Origin: Candidatus Poribacteria bacterium
GTDB lineage: Bacteria; Poribacteria; WGA-4E; PCPOR2b
Length of the DNA: 64,000 bases
Direction: 5' to 3'
Assembly: GCA_965208675.1 (NCBI GenBank)
Contig: OZ242351.1
Coordinates: 4,416,001-4,480,000, forward strand
Each line of letters begins with the position of its first letter. Position 1 is the stretch's first letter. Below are positions 45,508-55,483 of the stretch, piece by piece. Made by a program: the position numbers and the translations under genes. The notes beneath the pieces were generated by a model. The model did no database searches. It was not told the DNA's origin and saw nothing but the letters and a program-made list of their open reading frames with translations.

Positions 45508-46182
45508 TTGGACATGCGTCAATATTTCTCAAATATCTACCTCGGCGTTTATTCGGTTTTCGTTGGTATGGCAATTACGTTTAGGCAGTTGTTTAAACCT
45601 TCTGTGACTCACCAATATCCGTACGAGCATTCGTTTGAGCAGAAGAAAAACGTACGCGATATCCCCCAAGGCTATCGAGGGCAGCTGTTCAATCGAATTG
45701 AGGACTGCATCGGATGCAAAAAATGCGAGATGATTTGTCCGGTTGACTGTATCTACATCACCACCGAAAAATTGCCCAAGGGGGAAAGGCTTTGGGACAG
45801 CATGAACGTCGTCCACCTCAAGGATAGGACGGAAATCGTCGGAATGATTGAAGGCGACGAAAAGATTAAGGCGGACGCGACGGTTTCGATTCAGACGCGG
45901 GAGCGCGGGGCTGTGGAAATTCCAAGTGAACAGGTCGCCCGTGTTGTCGAACGGAAGCCGGTAATTTTTTACCTAGACAAGTTCGACATTGACATGTCGC
46001 TCTGTATGTATTGCGGTCTCTGCACCGAAGTCTGTCCGACAGAATGCCTGATAATGATCGATACACTTGAAGGCATAGAGTATTCAACGTTTGACCGGAC
46101 AAACCTAATCTTCAAATTCGCCAAGCCGGAGATGTACGAAAAACAGCTTGATGAAGCTACCGATGCTGAGGCTGCCGATTAA
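45508..46182 (+). CDS. nuoI: NADH-quinone oxidoreductase subunit I with an internal extra domain
   Basis: VTHQYP; CIGCKKCEMICP and CMYCGLCTEVCP; about 50-aa insertion between them; ATG 45514 is the likelier start (AGGAGG RBS). Confidence 0.93.
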   Translation: MDMRQYFSNIYLGVYSVFVGMAITFRQLFKPSVTHQYPYEHSFEQKKNVRDIPQGYRGQLFNRIEDCIGCKKCEMICPVDCIYITTEKLPKGERLWDSMNVVHLKDRTEIVGMIEGDEKIKADATVSIQTRERGAVEIPSEQVARVVERKPVIFYLDKFDIDMSLCMYCGLCTEVCPTECLIMIDTLEGIEYSTFDRTNLIFKFAKPEMYEKQLDEATDAEAAD

Positions 46183-46187
46183 AGTAT

Positions 46188-46700
46188 ATGGAACTTAAAC
46201 CGTTAGTTTTTTATGTTTTTGCCCTGCTCACCATCGGATCTGCGGTAATCGTTGTGACGGTACGCAACATCGTTCATGCCGCTTTTTCGCTGATGGTAAC
46301 GCTCTTTAGCATTGCAGGGCTTTATGTGTTTTTGCAGGCAGATTTTCTCGCCGCTACCCAAGTCATCGTCTATGTCGGCGGCATCCTTGTGCTTATTCTG
46401 TTTGGCGTGATGATGACCAGCGGGCGTTTGGACATGAAACTTAAGATGGAGCGCGGGCAGCTTTTCTGGGGCGGACTGGTTACCATATTAATCTTTGCGC
46501 TGCTCTTGGGTGTGATTAGACGGACGCCGTGGAACGTTCAAGAAGAACTGGGTACTGTGGAGGGAACGACCTCTCAGATAGGAAAGGCCATATTGCAGGA
46601 AGAGTTCCTGCTCCCCTTTGAGGTTGCGTCCGTGATTCTGCTAATTGCGTTAATCGGAGCGGTGTTAATTTCACGCAAGGAAGTCCGCGAAGATGAATGA
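46188..46700 (+). CDS. nuoJ: NADH-quinone oxidoreductase subunit J
   Basis: QVIVYVGGILVLILFGVM; PFEVASVILL. Confidence 0.96.
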   Translation: MELKPLVFYVFALLTIGSAVIVVTVRNIVHAAFSLMVTLFSIAGLYVFLQADFLAATQVIVYVGGILVLILFGVMMTSGRLDMKLKMERGQLFWGGLVTILIFALLLGVIRRTPWNVQEELGTVEGTTSQIGKAILQEEFLLPFEVASVILLIALIGAVLISRKEVREDE

Positions 46701-47004
46701 CCTCACACCATACCTTGTTATAAGTACAACCCTATTCTGCCTTGGCATATTCGCGGTTTTGACGCGGCGCAACGCCATTAGCATATTGATGGGGATTGAG
46801 CTGATTCTCAACGCCTGTAATCTGAATTTTGCCGCTTTTTCTCGGTTTGTGACGCCCCCCGATGACATCAGCGGACAAATCATCTCCATTTTCGGAATTG
46901 TGTTAGCCGCTGCCGAAGCGGCCGTGTTTTTGGCGATTATCCTGGCGATTTATAGAGAGTTTAGTACAATTAGCCCGGATGAAACTGATACGTTGAAAGG
47001 ATAG
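46693..47004 (+). CDS. nuoK: NADH-quinone oxidoreductase subunit K
   Basis: RRNAISILMGIELILNA; AAAEAAV. Confidence 0.96.
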   Translation: MNDLTPYLVISTTLFCLGIFAVLTRRNAISILMGIELILNACNLNFAAFSRFVTPPDDISGQIISIFGIVLAAAEAAVFLAIILAIYREFSTISPDETDTLKG

Positions 47005-47175
47005 GTGTCTCCGCGTTTTATCGGGCGGCGCGTGTTGGATGCCTTTAACAGTGCTAGTGATGTTGCAGCCGGTGATGGTAAGGGGCGCTCTGCTCTGCGC
47101 GATCTAAGTTATTTTGCTTCGGAACTCAGTCCGTTAACCTAAAGTTGCGGCATTTGACCATTCAGGAAGGGTGGC

Positions 47176-49371
47176 ATGTCGGTTGTTGTTCTTTTTAGTA
47201 TAATTCTGCTTTGTCCGCTCGCAGCCTTCTCGATTTTTAGCTTGCTGTTGCTAGCCGGGCGCAATTCACCCCGCCAAGATTTCATCTCAACCGCGGCAAT
47301 GCTTATTGCATTTGTCTGCTCTCTGCTGCTATTTGCTACCGCCAACCCTGAAAATCTAGACCACCAAACGCTCACCTGGCTGCCGCTCGAATCGGTCGAT
47401 TTTTCGATGGGGTTTTACTTTGACAGTGTAACAGCCGTCATGTTGCTGGTTGTCACAATTGTCAGCAGCCTCGTGCACATCTTTTCTATCGGTTATATGC
47501 ACGGCGACCCGCGCTATCCTAGATTCTTCGCCTTTCTTTCGTTATTTTCTTTTTCGATGTTGTTCTTAGTGGTATCGGACAATCTGCTCGGCATCTATAT
47601 AGGCTGGGAGCTAGTCGGGTTGTGTTCATACCTGCTTATTGGATTCTGGTTTGAAAAAAACTCCGCGGCGGATGCGTGCAAAAAAGCCTTTTTAACAACC
47701 CGCGTGGGCGACGTTGGGATGTTCATCGGGATGATGATGCTGTTCGCCAAATTCCAAACGCTGGCGCTCTATGGAGAAGACGGCATTTTCGCAGCGGTAT
47801 CGGATTTGGGCGCTGGGGACTTGACATGGCTGTCTATTGCTGGAGTGCTTATCTTCTGCGGTGCTGTTGGGAAGTCCGCGCAAGTGCCGCTGCACACATG
47901 GCTGCCGGATGCGATGGAAGGTCCCACGCCGGTCAGCGCATTAATTCACGCTGCAACCATGGTCGCCGCCGGCGTCTATCTTGCCGCGCGCATGTTCCCG
48001 CTCCTAACGCCGGATTCGTCGTTGGTCATTGCTTACATCGGTGGCATTACGGCGTTGGTAGCAGCGACCATTGCTATCGTTCGATTTGATATCAAGCGCG
48101 TGTTAGCTTATTCAACCATCAGCCAACTTGGGTATATGATGTTGGCAATCGGCGCGGGCAGCTACGTCGCGGGGCTCTTTCACTTGACTACGCATGCATT
48201 CTTCAAAGCACTGTTGTTCCTCGGATCGGGGAGCGTTATCCATGCGTTTCACGCCAGCCACCACGCACACAGCCACAATGGTGAAAATGGGAATTTGCAC
48301 GGATCCGAGGCGCCGTTCGCGAGTTTTGGTATCGACCCGGCGCAGGATATGCGTCATATGGGCGGGTTGCGGCGCAAAATGCCTGTCACATTCGTCACAA
48401 TGCTCATTGCAACGTTGTCAATCTCAGGTGTGCCGTTTCTCTTCTCGGGATTCTGGAGTAAAGATGCAATTCTGGTTGAGGTTCTCTACAGAGCGATGTT
48501 GTGGCATTCCGTTCACCACTATATTCTGTTTTGCACCGCGGCACTTGCCGCTGTCATTACGGCATTTTACATGTTCCGCCTTATTTTCATGACCTTTTTT
48601 GGTGAACCGCGCAATCGAGAGATGTATGACCATGTCCATGAATCTCCCAAGGTTATGACAGTTCCTCTTATTATTTTGGCGGTACTCAGTTTTCCAATTT
48701 TCAATACAATTGTCAACAAAGGGTTTTTTGAACACTATGTGAAATCGCCGGAACAACCTCACGTTCGTTCGCCAAAACATGCACACGACAGTCAAAGCCA
48801 AGACGTCCTGTATGCGCAGGCGGGGCTTTCAGTCGCGTATGCTGCCGAAGACGCGCACCAACATCATGATGACCATGCAGCAGGAGAACATCACAATCCA
48901 ATCCATGACAAGGCGCACAATATTGTCATACCTTTATCGTTCGTAATTGTGATTTTGGGCATTGGGCTGTCCGCACTATTCTACTACTGGAAAAAGATTT
49001 CCGCGGAAGCTGTCGCTGCCAAATTCCGCCCAATCTATAATCTTTTCTGGAACAAATATTATTTTGACGAATTTTACAACGGCGCGATTGTTGCGTTGAC
49101 CGTCGCAGGTTCAAGGTTTTTAGGGCTTTTCGATTTGCGCGTCATTGATGGCATTGTCAACGGCATCGGATTTACCGTGCGTGAGTTGTTTTCCCGGTTA
49201 ATCGGCTGGGTCGACAACACTTTCGTCGATGGACTTGTCAATTGGGTGGCGCAAATTACGTTGTCAGTGGGAGGCAGAATCAGGCGAGTTCAAACGGGAA
49301 TGATTCAAAACTACCTACTGATTATTTTGGGCGGGTCAGTGCTGTTGATTTTAATTTTCCGAAGTTTATAG
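47176..49371 (+). CDS. nuoL: NADH-quinone oxidoreductase subunit L
   Basis: WLPDAMEGPTPVSALIHAATMV; HAFFKALLFL; His-rich loops. Confidence 0.97.
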   Translation: MSVVVLFSIILLCPLAAFSIFSLLLLAGRNSPRQDFISTAAMLIAFVCSLLLFATANPENLDHQTLTWLPLESVDFSMGFYFDSVTAVMLLVVTIVSSLVHIFSIGYMHGDPRYPRFFAFLSLFSFSMLFLVVSDNLLGIYIGWELVGLCSYLLIGFWFEKNSAADACKKAFLTTRVGDVGMFIGMMMLFAKFQTLALYGEDGIFAAVSDLGAGDLTWLSIAGVLIFCGAVGKSAQVPLHTWLPDAMEGPTPVSALIHAATMVAAGVYLAARMFPLLTPDSSLVIAYIGGITALVAATIAIVRFDIKRVLAYSTISQLGYMMLAIGAGSYVAGLFHLTTHAFFKALLFLGSGSVIHAFHASHHAHSHNGENGNLHGSEAPFASFGIDPAQDMRHMGGLRRKMPVTFVTMLIATLSISGVPFLFSGFWSKDAILVEVLYRAMLWHSVHHYILFCTAALAAVITAFYMFRLIFMTFFGEPRNREMYDHVHESPKVMTVPLIILAVLSFPIFNTIVNKGFFEHYVKSPEQPHVRSPKHAHDSQSQDVLYAQAGLSVAYAAEDAHQHHDDHAAGEHHNPIHDKAHNIVIPLSFVIVILGIGLSALFYYWKKISAEAVAAKFRPIYNLFWNKYYFDEFYNGAIVALTVAGSRFLGLFDLRVIDGIVNGIGFTVRELFSRLIGWVDNTFVDGLVNWVAQITLSVGGRIRRVQTGMIQNYLLIILGGSVLLILIFRSL

Positions 49372-49536
49372 CGCGCCTGTTGGCATCGTTGCGGTACGGA
49401 CAGCAATTAAGATGCCGGCATTAAACGGCGCATTTGATTGGGCAGCGTTATTCTAAGGCGAACAATTCAGATTTAGAAGTAAATTTCACGGGAAACGAAG
49501 CAATAAAACTGTAGCATATAAATACATTCGGGGCTA

Positions 49537-51048
49537 TTGACAGGAGGGTTTCACTGGATGTTCCTTTCATTGATGATTTTTATTCCGCTCGTGGGGATGG
49601 TTGTGGTTTTGCTCCTCCCGCGCGATCAAGAAGAGTTAGCGAGACGGGTGACGCTAGGTTTTACACTGATCCCCTTGATACTGGCGGTAATTCTTTTTAT
49701 ACAATACGACCGATCAGCTTCAAATCTGCAGTTTGACTTTGACACGGTTTGGATCGAAGCGTTCGATATTCACTACCATATCGGCATAAACGGCATTAGC
49801 GTCACTTTGCTGCTCTTGACGGCGTTGTTGGGGCCAATCTGCGTCTTGGCGTCGTGGCGGAATATTGAGAAGGGAGTCAAAGCCTATCTGGCGCTGTTCC
49901 TGCTGCTAGAGACGGGGATGATCGGCTTCTTCTGCGCTCAAGACCTATTTCTGTTCTACGTTTTCTTCGAAGTGACACTGCTGCCGATGTATTTTCTGAT
50001 TGGGATTTGGGGCGGTCCCCGCCGAGAATATGCGGCAATAAAGTTCTTTTTGTATACGCTTTTCGGCGGAGTGTTGATGCTAATTGCCATCATTGCTGTC
50101 TACATTAAAGGCGGTACTTTTGATATTCCGAAACTAATCGCGCTTGCTGGGCAGGAAGGACATCCACTCGCTGACCGCACATTTCAGATTTGGGCGTTCT
50201 TAGGTTTCTTCATCGGCTTTGCGGTGAAGGTTCCCATCTTTCCGTTCCACACCTGGCTTCCTGACGCACACGTGGAAGCGCCAACCGCAATTAGCGTCAT
50301 CCTTGCAGGTATTCTACTGAAGATGGGCACCTATGGGTTGGTGCTTATCAATTTTGCCATGTTGCCAAAGGGCATGGAACTCTTCTGCAACGGCGAGGGC
50401 AGGTGGGGAAACGCCTTAGCGGTACTTGGCTTTGTCAACATTGTCTATGGATCCCTGTGTGCGTTAGCACAAAAGGACTTCAAGAAACTGGTGGCGTACT
50501 CCAGTATTGCGCACATGGGATTCGTGATTTTGGGGCTTGCGGCGCGCAACGAGAGCGGGATGAACGGCGCAATTCTCCAGATGTTCAACCACGGCGTGAT
50601 TAGCGCCATGTTGTTCCTTTTGGTAGGCGTCGTTTATGACCGCGCGCATCATCGTGAAATAGGCGGTTTTGGCGGATTAGGAAGCCAGATGCCAATATAT
50701 ACCGGCATTACAACCGTAGCGTTTATGGCGTCGCTGGGATTGCCTGGACTCAGCGGTTTCGTTGGCGAAGCGCTGTCTTTGTTGGGAGCGTATGACAAAT
50801 TCCCGAAACTGACGATTCTCTCGACAATTGGAATTGTGATTGGTGCTGCTTATTTCCTTTGGACCTTGCAGCGGGTCTTCTTGGGGCAGCTCAATCCGAA
50901 ATACGCAGATATGCCCGAAATAAATCGACGCGAAATCGTAACGCTGGTACCGCTAGGTATTTTAACAATTGTACTCGGCATTTGGCCATCCTTCGCCATG
51001 GATATGTTTAATGAAGCAGTTAAGGGTTTGATTGCGCCATTAGGTTAG
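49537..51048 (+). CDS. nuoM: NADH-quinone oxidoreductase subunit M
   Basis: PFHTWLPDAHVEAPT; LLKMGTYG; LGLPGLSGFVGE; start may be ATG 49558. Confidence 0.97.
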   Translation: MTGGFHWMFLSLMIFIPLVGMVVVLLLPRDQEELARRVTLGFTLIPLILAVILFIQYDRSASNLQFDFDTVWIEAFDIHYHIGINGISVTLLLLTALLGPICVLASWRNIEKGVKAYLALFLLLETGMIGFFCAQDLFLFYVFFEVTLLPMYFLIGIWGGPRREYAAIKFFLYTLFGGVLMLIAIIAVYIKGGTFDIPKLIALAGQEGHPLADRTFQIWAFLGFFIGFAVKVPIFPFHTWLPDAHVEAPTAISVILAGILLKMGTYGLVLINFAMLPKGMELFCNGEGRWGNALAVLGFVNIVYGSLCALAQKDFKKLVAYSSIAHMGFVILGLAARNESGMNGAILQMFNHGVISAMLFLLVGVVYDRAHHREIGGFGGLGSQMPIYTGITTVAFMASLGLPGLSGFVGEALSLLGAYDKFPKLTILSTIGIVIGAAYFLWTLQRVFLGQLNPKYADMPEINRREIVTLVPLGILTIVLGIWPSFAMDMFNEAVKGLIAPLG

Positions 51049-51092
51049 AAAGGCTTTCGGACGGTAACAGCCGGAGCCGGAGGTACGCAAAT

Positions 51093-52568
51093 TTGGATAC
51101 ATTGAACAACGTCCAAAGCATTCGCTATTTTATCCCCGAATTGATTTTAGTTGTGTTTGTAGCAGGGGTAATCATATACGATCTGATTGGTCGGCAGGAA
51201 GGCGGCAGAAGAGCAGCCCATCTGTCGCTTGCGGGGCTTGCGGCGGCGCTCATAGCAGTGCTCCTAGTCGGCGCCGCGGACCGCTCCCTATTCCTTGGGA
51301 TGATTCAGCTTGATAGTTTTGCGGTGTTCTTTAAAGTCATCATCTTGATTACGACCGCCGTCACTATCCTGTTTTCTATGGGTTCCGAGGAACTCGACCC
51401 GCGCACAAAGGGGGAATACTACGCCCTTCTGCTGGCGGTTACGCTAGGGATGTTCCTCATGGCGTCATCGACGCACCTACTCATGATCTATCTCTCGATT
51501 GAAACCGTCAGTTTGGCATCATACATATTAGCCGGCTTTTTGACGCACAGTCCGCGGTCGAGTGAAGCCGCGTTCAAGTATATCATCTACGGCGCGGTTG
51601 CTTCGGGAACCATGCTGTTCGGTATTTCGCTGATATTCGGCTTGACTGGCACGGGAGATGTCGTGCAGGTCAGTAATGTGTTGTCGGAGTTGTTCAGTTC
51701 AGGCGGGGGCGACTATCAGTTAGCGGTATTGGTGTCGATAATATTTGTCCTAGCGGGTGTCGGTTACAAAATCGCCTCTGTTCCGTTTCACATGTGGTCG
51801 CCCGATGTGTACGAAGGGGCGCCGATTCCGATAACGGCGTTTCTGTCGGTTGCTTCCAAATCTGCCGGTTTTGCACTGTTCATCCGCCTGTTTTATTCTG
51901 GGTTTGGGTCCGCAAATGTCATCGAGTCCGTTGATTGGTCGTTACTGTTAGCCGTCGTTGCCGCCTTAACCATGACGGTTGGTAATCTAGCAGCGCTTCC
52001 GCAGCAGAATGTCAAGCGCCTGCTTGCGTACTCCAGCATTGCGCACGGCGGGTACGTGCTTATGGGCGGAGTCTTGCTAACGGCTGAAGGCGTTCAGGCA
52101 ATTCTATTTTATCTGATTATTTATCTCTTTATGAACTTGGGCGCTTTCTTCGTTGTTATTCTTATCGCGGAACGGATTGGCAGTGAGACCATCGACGGGT
52201 ACCGCGGGCTCGTTACCCGTGCGCCCTTGGTGGCGATATCCATGGGGATTTTCCTCTTTTCTCTGACCGGCATCCCGCCGCTTTCTGGATTTATTGGTAA
52301 ATGGCTGCTTTTTAAGGCTGTGCTTACGGAAGAATTCTACTGGTTGGCGATTGTTGGCTTGCTTAACAGCGTTGTATCTCTGTATTACTATGTGCGAATT
52401 GTAAAAGCCATGTTTCTGGATTCGTCGGACGAACCTAACCCCGTATCCTTTTCCATAGGCAGCCGCGCATTGCTAGTGGTGTTTGTTGTTCCGACGATCC
52501 TGTTAGGGCTTTATTGGGCGCCAGTGTACCAGTTGTCCAAGGCGTCGCTCGGAAAAATTCTGGGCTAA
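51093..52568 (+). CDS. nuoN: NADH-quinone oxidoreductase subunit N
   Basis: EAAFKY; PFHMWSPDVYEGAP; KRLLAYSSIAH; SLYYY. Confidence 0.97.
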   Translation: MDTLNNVQSIRYFIPELILVVFVAGVIIYDLIGRQEGGRRAAHLSLAGLAAALIAVLLVGAADRSLFLGMIQLDSFAVFFKVIILITTAVTILFSMGSEELDPRTKGEYYALLLAVTLGMFLMASSTHLLMIYLSIETVSLASYILAGFLTHSPRSSEAAFKYIIYGAVASGTMLFGISLIFGLTGTGDVVQVSNVLSELFSSGGGDYQLAVLVSIIFVLAGVGYKIASVPFHMWSPDVYEGAPIPITAFLSVASKSAGFALFIRLFYSGFGSANVIESVDWSLLLAVVAALTMTVGNLAALPQQNVKRLLAYSSIAHGGYVLMGGVLLTAEGVQAILFYLIIYLFMNLGAFFVVILIAERIGSETIDGYRGLVTRAPLVAISMGIFLFSLTGIPPLSGFIGKWLLFKAVLTEEFYWLAIVGLLNSVVSLYYYVRIVKAMFLDSSDEPNPVSFSIGSRALLVVFVVPTILLGLYWAPVYQLSKASLGKILG

Positions 52569-52571
52569 ACC

Positions 52572-52600
52572 TTGACAATCAACTGAGTTACTGTTATAAT
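52572..52600 (+). promoter_or_regulatory. Consensus sigma70 promoter of the tRNA pair
   Basis: TTGACA-N17-TATAAT with extended -10 TG. Confidence 0.9.
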
Positions 52601-52612
52601 TCTACTTGGCTT

Positions 52613-52686
52613 TGCCGGGTCGTCTAATGGTAGGACGCATGGCTCTGGACCATGTCGCGAGGGTTCGAGTCCTTCCCCGGCAGCCA
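52613..52686 (+). tRNA. tRNA-Gln (anticodon CTG)
   Basis: Acceptor TGCCGGG/CCCGGCA; anticodon arm CATGG-CTCTGGA-CCATG; T-loop GGTTCGAGTCC; CCA encoded. Confidence 0.95.
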
Positions 52687-52695
52687 ATTTACCAC

Positions 52696-52767
52696 GGCGC
52701 TATCGTCTAGGGGTTAGGACGGGTGGTTCTCAGCCATCAAACCGGGGTTCGATTCCCCGTAGCGCTA
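52696..52767 (+). tRNA. tRNA-Glu (anticodon CTC)
   Basis: Acceptor GGCGCTA/TAGCGCT; anticodon arm GGTGG-TTCTCAG-CCATC; GGTTCGATTCC; CCA not encoded. Confidence 0.93.
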
Positions 52768-52794
52768 TCTCCGAAAATTTACTTGAATACCCAT

Positions 52795-52850
52795 AGCCGC
52801 ATTCGGACGGACATAGTTCCAAGCAATGGGTCCGCCGAGTGCGGCTTTTT
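52795..52850 (+). terminator. Rho-independent terminator after the tRNAs
   Basis: AGCCGCATTCGG...CCGAGTGCGGCT followed by a T-run. Confidence 0.8.
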
Positions 52851-52945
52851 GCGTTTGGAATCATTTACGGTATGCCACGCCAGCTAACAGATAGCGTTTC
52901 TTCTATCGTTCACGTCGAAAAAGAACCGAGTTAACGGATTTGCGC

Positions 52946-52974
52946 TTGACATTTCCGGCAAAATAGGTTATAAT
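52946..52974 (+). promoter_or_regulatory. Consensus sigma70 promoter
   Basis: TTGACA-N17-TATAAT. Confidence 0.8.
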
Positions 52975-53143
52975 AAGTTAAGTAAACATAAAAGGAAATT
53001 GAAATGCTGTTATCTGGGGGTAAAATTCTATCATCTATTACTATTCAACGCTACTATTCAACGCCCGTGAGCAGGCGTAAGCCGATGATTCCATAGCATC
53101 GTCGGAGACGTAACAATCGCATCTCACAATTAGGAGCCGTAAT

Positions 53144-53518
53144 ATGAAATTTCTTATTGTCTTCACGATTTCCCTGAGTGTATTCAGTTGCCAACCCGAC
53201 ACGCCTGAAGTTAGTTTGGACATGCTCCTGGATAAACTTGAAGCGCACAGCGAAGTGCTGGAACAGAGGATTGCAAATCTTGAGGAGCGAATTACTTTAG
53301 TTGAACTGAAAATGTCTATTTTTAAAGCCAACCGCATCGCCATGATTGAAGCCTTGAATCGAAACGGCTATGATGGCGGCGCTTGGGATGCTGAAGTTGA
53401 CGCGTTCTTTGACGGCCTAACTGAGGGGCAACGAAAGGAGTTCGTTAAAGTACCAATGGAAGATTTCGTGGACTTGATGCATTCATACGGACTTACTTTC
53501 CCTTGGGAACGGCGATAA
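53144..53518 (+). CDS. Hypothetical lipoprotein with a coiled coil
   Basis: Lipobox VFSC; AGGAG RBS; heptad LEQRIANLEERITLVE. Confidence 0.7.
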   Translation: MKFLIVFTISLSVFSCQPDTPEVSLDMLLDKLEAHSEVLEQRIANLEERITLVELKMSIFKANRIAMIEALNRNGYDGGAWDAEVDAFFDGLTEGQRKEFVKVPMEDFVDLMHSYGLTFPWERR

Positions 53519-53548
53519 ACCATACAACGGAGGAGGGAATAGTATCGC

Positions 53549-55483
53549 ATGGAACGTGCTCAACAACTGCTTACCGAGACTTTTGGCTTCGACCAATTTC
53601 TGCCCGGACAAACGGAAGTCATCCAACACTTGCTCGCCAAACGTTCAGCGCTGGCAATCTTTCCCACCGGCGGCGGGAAATCGCTCTGCTACCAATTGCC
53701 AGCGCTCACCTTCGACGGTATAACGGTTGTTATTTCGCCGTTGATTGCCTTGATGAAAGATCAGATTGATTTCCTTAAAAGCCGCGGCATTCCAGCCGAT
53801 CGGCTCGACTCAACCTTGTCTACCGAAGAGTCAAGGTCTGTCATGTCAGCATTATCGTCTGGAGAATTGCGCCTCCTGTACGCCGCACCGGAGCGATTTA
53901 GCAACGAACGCTTTTTGTACGCAATTAAGCGCACGAAAGTGTCAATGTTTGCCGTTGATGAAGCACATTGCATCTCGGAATGGGGTCACAACTTTCGACC
54001 GGATTACCTGAAACTCGCTCGATTCGCAAAGGAATGTGGTGCGGAGCGATTGTTTGCATTGACAGCGACGGCGACGCCTAAGGTGGCGAAAGACATCTGC
54101 GCAAGATTCGGCATACCGGGTGCATGCGTTGTTAGGACCGGTTTTTACCGAAAGAACCTCAAAGTGTTAATCACCCCAATAACCGCTGCCGGCCGCGAAA
54201 AGGCGTTGGTCGAAAGGTTGAACGGACTTCCCAGAGGCCCCACAATCGTCTACGTCACCCTGCAAAAGACAGCGGAGCAGGTGGCAGACAACCTCGCCTC
54301 GGCAGGACTTCCGGCACGAGCCTATCACGCTGGATTGAAAGATGAGCACCGGAATGAGGTGCAAGAGTGGTTCATGGGCGCAGACCAAGGCATTGTGGTG
54401 GCTACCATTGCATTCGGCATGGGTATCGATAAGTCAAACATTCGCTATATCTACCATTATAATCTGCCAAAGAGCCTTGAGAATTTTTCGCAGGAGATTG
54501 GGCGTGCCGGGCGGGATGGAGAGAATTCGATTTGCCAGATGTTTGTCTGTCTTGATGATGTTTGTACACTTGAAAACTTTGCCTATGGGGACACACCAAG
54601 CCGAAACGCAATCAGGGGTTTAGTCGAGGAAATTTTCGCCTTTTCCGGCCAGTTCGACGTTAGTCTATATGAACTTTCGAGGCGCCATGACATTCGTCAT
54701 TTAGTGATACGGACACTGTGCGTGAAATTGGAACTTTACGGTTATCTACAGGTACTGACCCCGTTCTACAGCCGTTACAAATTTCAACCGCTTGTTTCGT
54801 CGTCCGAAATTTTATCGAGGTTTGAAGGTGAACGCCGTCAATTCCTGACATCGGTATTCAACAAAACTCAAATAGCCAAGATTTGGTGTCACATCAATCT
54901 TGATGAAGCGGCAGCAGCGATTGATTGCTCACGCGATCGAATAGTGCGGGCTTTGGACTACCTAGAAGCGCAGGGATTGTTGAAAGTGCAACCCGAAGGA
55001 GTTCGTAATCGATTTGTCATCGTTAAGCAGCCCGATGACCTAGATCAGCTAACCGATGCGCTGTTTCAAAACGCACTGGAACTTGAAAAGCGTGAGGTAG
55101 AACGGATTGGACAAGTTATTGAATTGGCATCGCACGACGGGTGCCAAGTCGCACACTTAGCGGGGCACTTCGGTGAAAGACTCCCTCGCCACTGCGGACA
55201 TTGTGCCTGGTGTTTAAACGGCCATCAACCTACGAGCCTTCTACCCGCCAAACCGAGGGCAATTGAAGAAGGACTGTGGAAGCAACTACTTGATGCGTGG
55301 CATGGCCAGGATGAGCCAATTGACGACGCCCGTTCAATAGCCCGATTCGCGTGTGGAATTACCTCTCCACGATTAACGCAGTCTAAAATGTCGAGACATC
55401 CGCTTTTCGGATGCTTAGTGCACGTCCGATTTGATGAGATTCATAAGCGCGCCCAAACGGTTGCACAAGATTCAAAGCGTTAA
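53549..55483 (+). CDS. recQ: RecQ-family ATP-dependent DNA helicase
   Basis: PTGGGKSLCYQLP, DEAHCISEWGHNFRP, ALTATAT, ATIAFGMGIDK, QEIGRAGRDG, CGHC..C; no recognisable HRDC domain. Confidence 0.93.
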   Translation: MERAQQLLTETFGFDQFLPGQTEVIQHLLAKRSALAIFPTGGGKSLCYQLPALTFDGITVVISPLIALMKDQIDFLKSRGIPADRLDSTLSTEESRSVMSALSSGELRLLYAAPERFSNERFLYAIKRTKVSMFAVDEAHCISEWGHNFRPDYLKLARFAKECGAERLFALTATATPKVAKDICARFGIPGACVVRTGFYRKNLKVLITPITAAGREKALVERLNGLPRGPTIVYVTLQKTAEQVADNLASAGLPARAYHAGLKDEHRNEVQEWFMGADQGIVVATIAFGMGIDKSNIRYIYHYNLPKSLENFSQEIGRAGRDGENSICQMFVCLDDVCTLENFAYGDTPSRNAIRGLVEEIFAFSGQFDVSLYELSRRHDIRHLVIRTLCVKLELYGYLQVLTPFYSRYKFQPLVSSSEILSRFEGERRQFLTSVFNKTQIAKIWCHINLDEAAAAIDCSRDRIVRALDYLEAQGLLKVQPEGVRNRFVIVKQPDDLDQLTDALFQNALELEKREVERIGQVIELASHDGCQVAHLAGHFGERLPRHCGHCAWCLNGHQPTSLLPAKPRAIEEGLWKQLLDAWHGQDEPIDDARSIARFACGITSPRLTQSKMSRHPLFGCLVHVRFDEIHKRAQTVAQDSKR

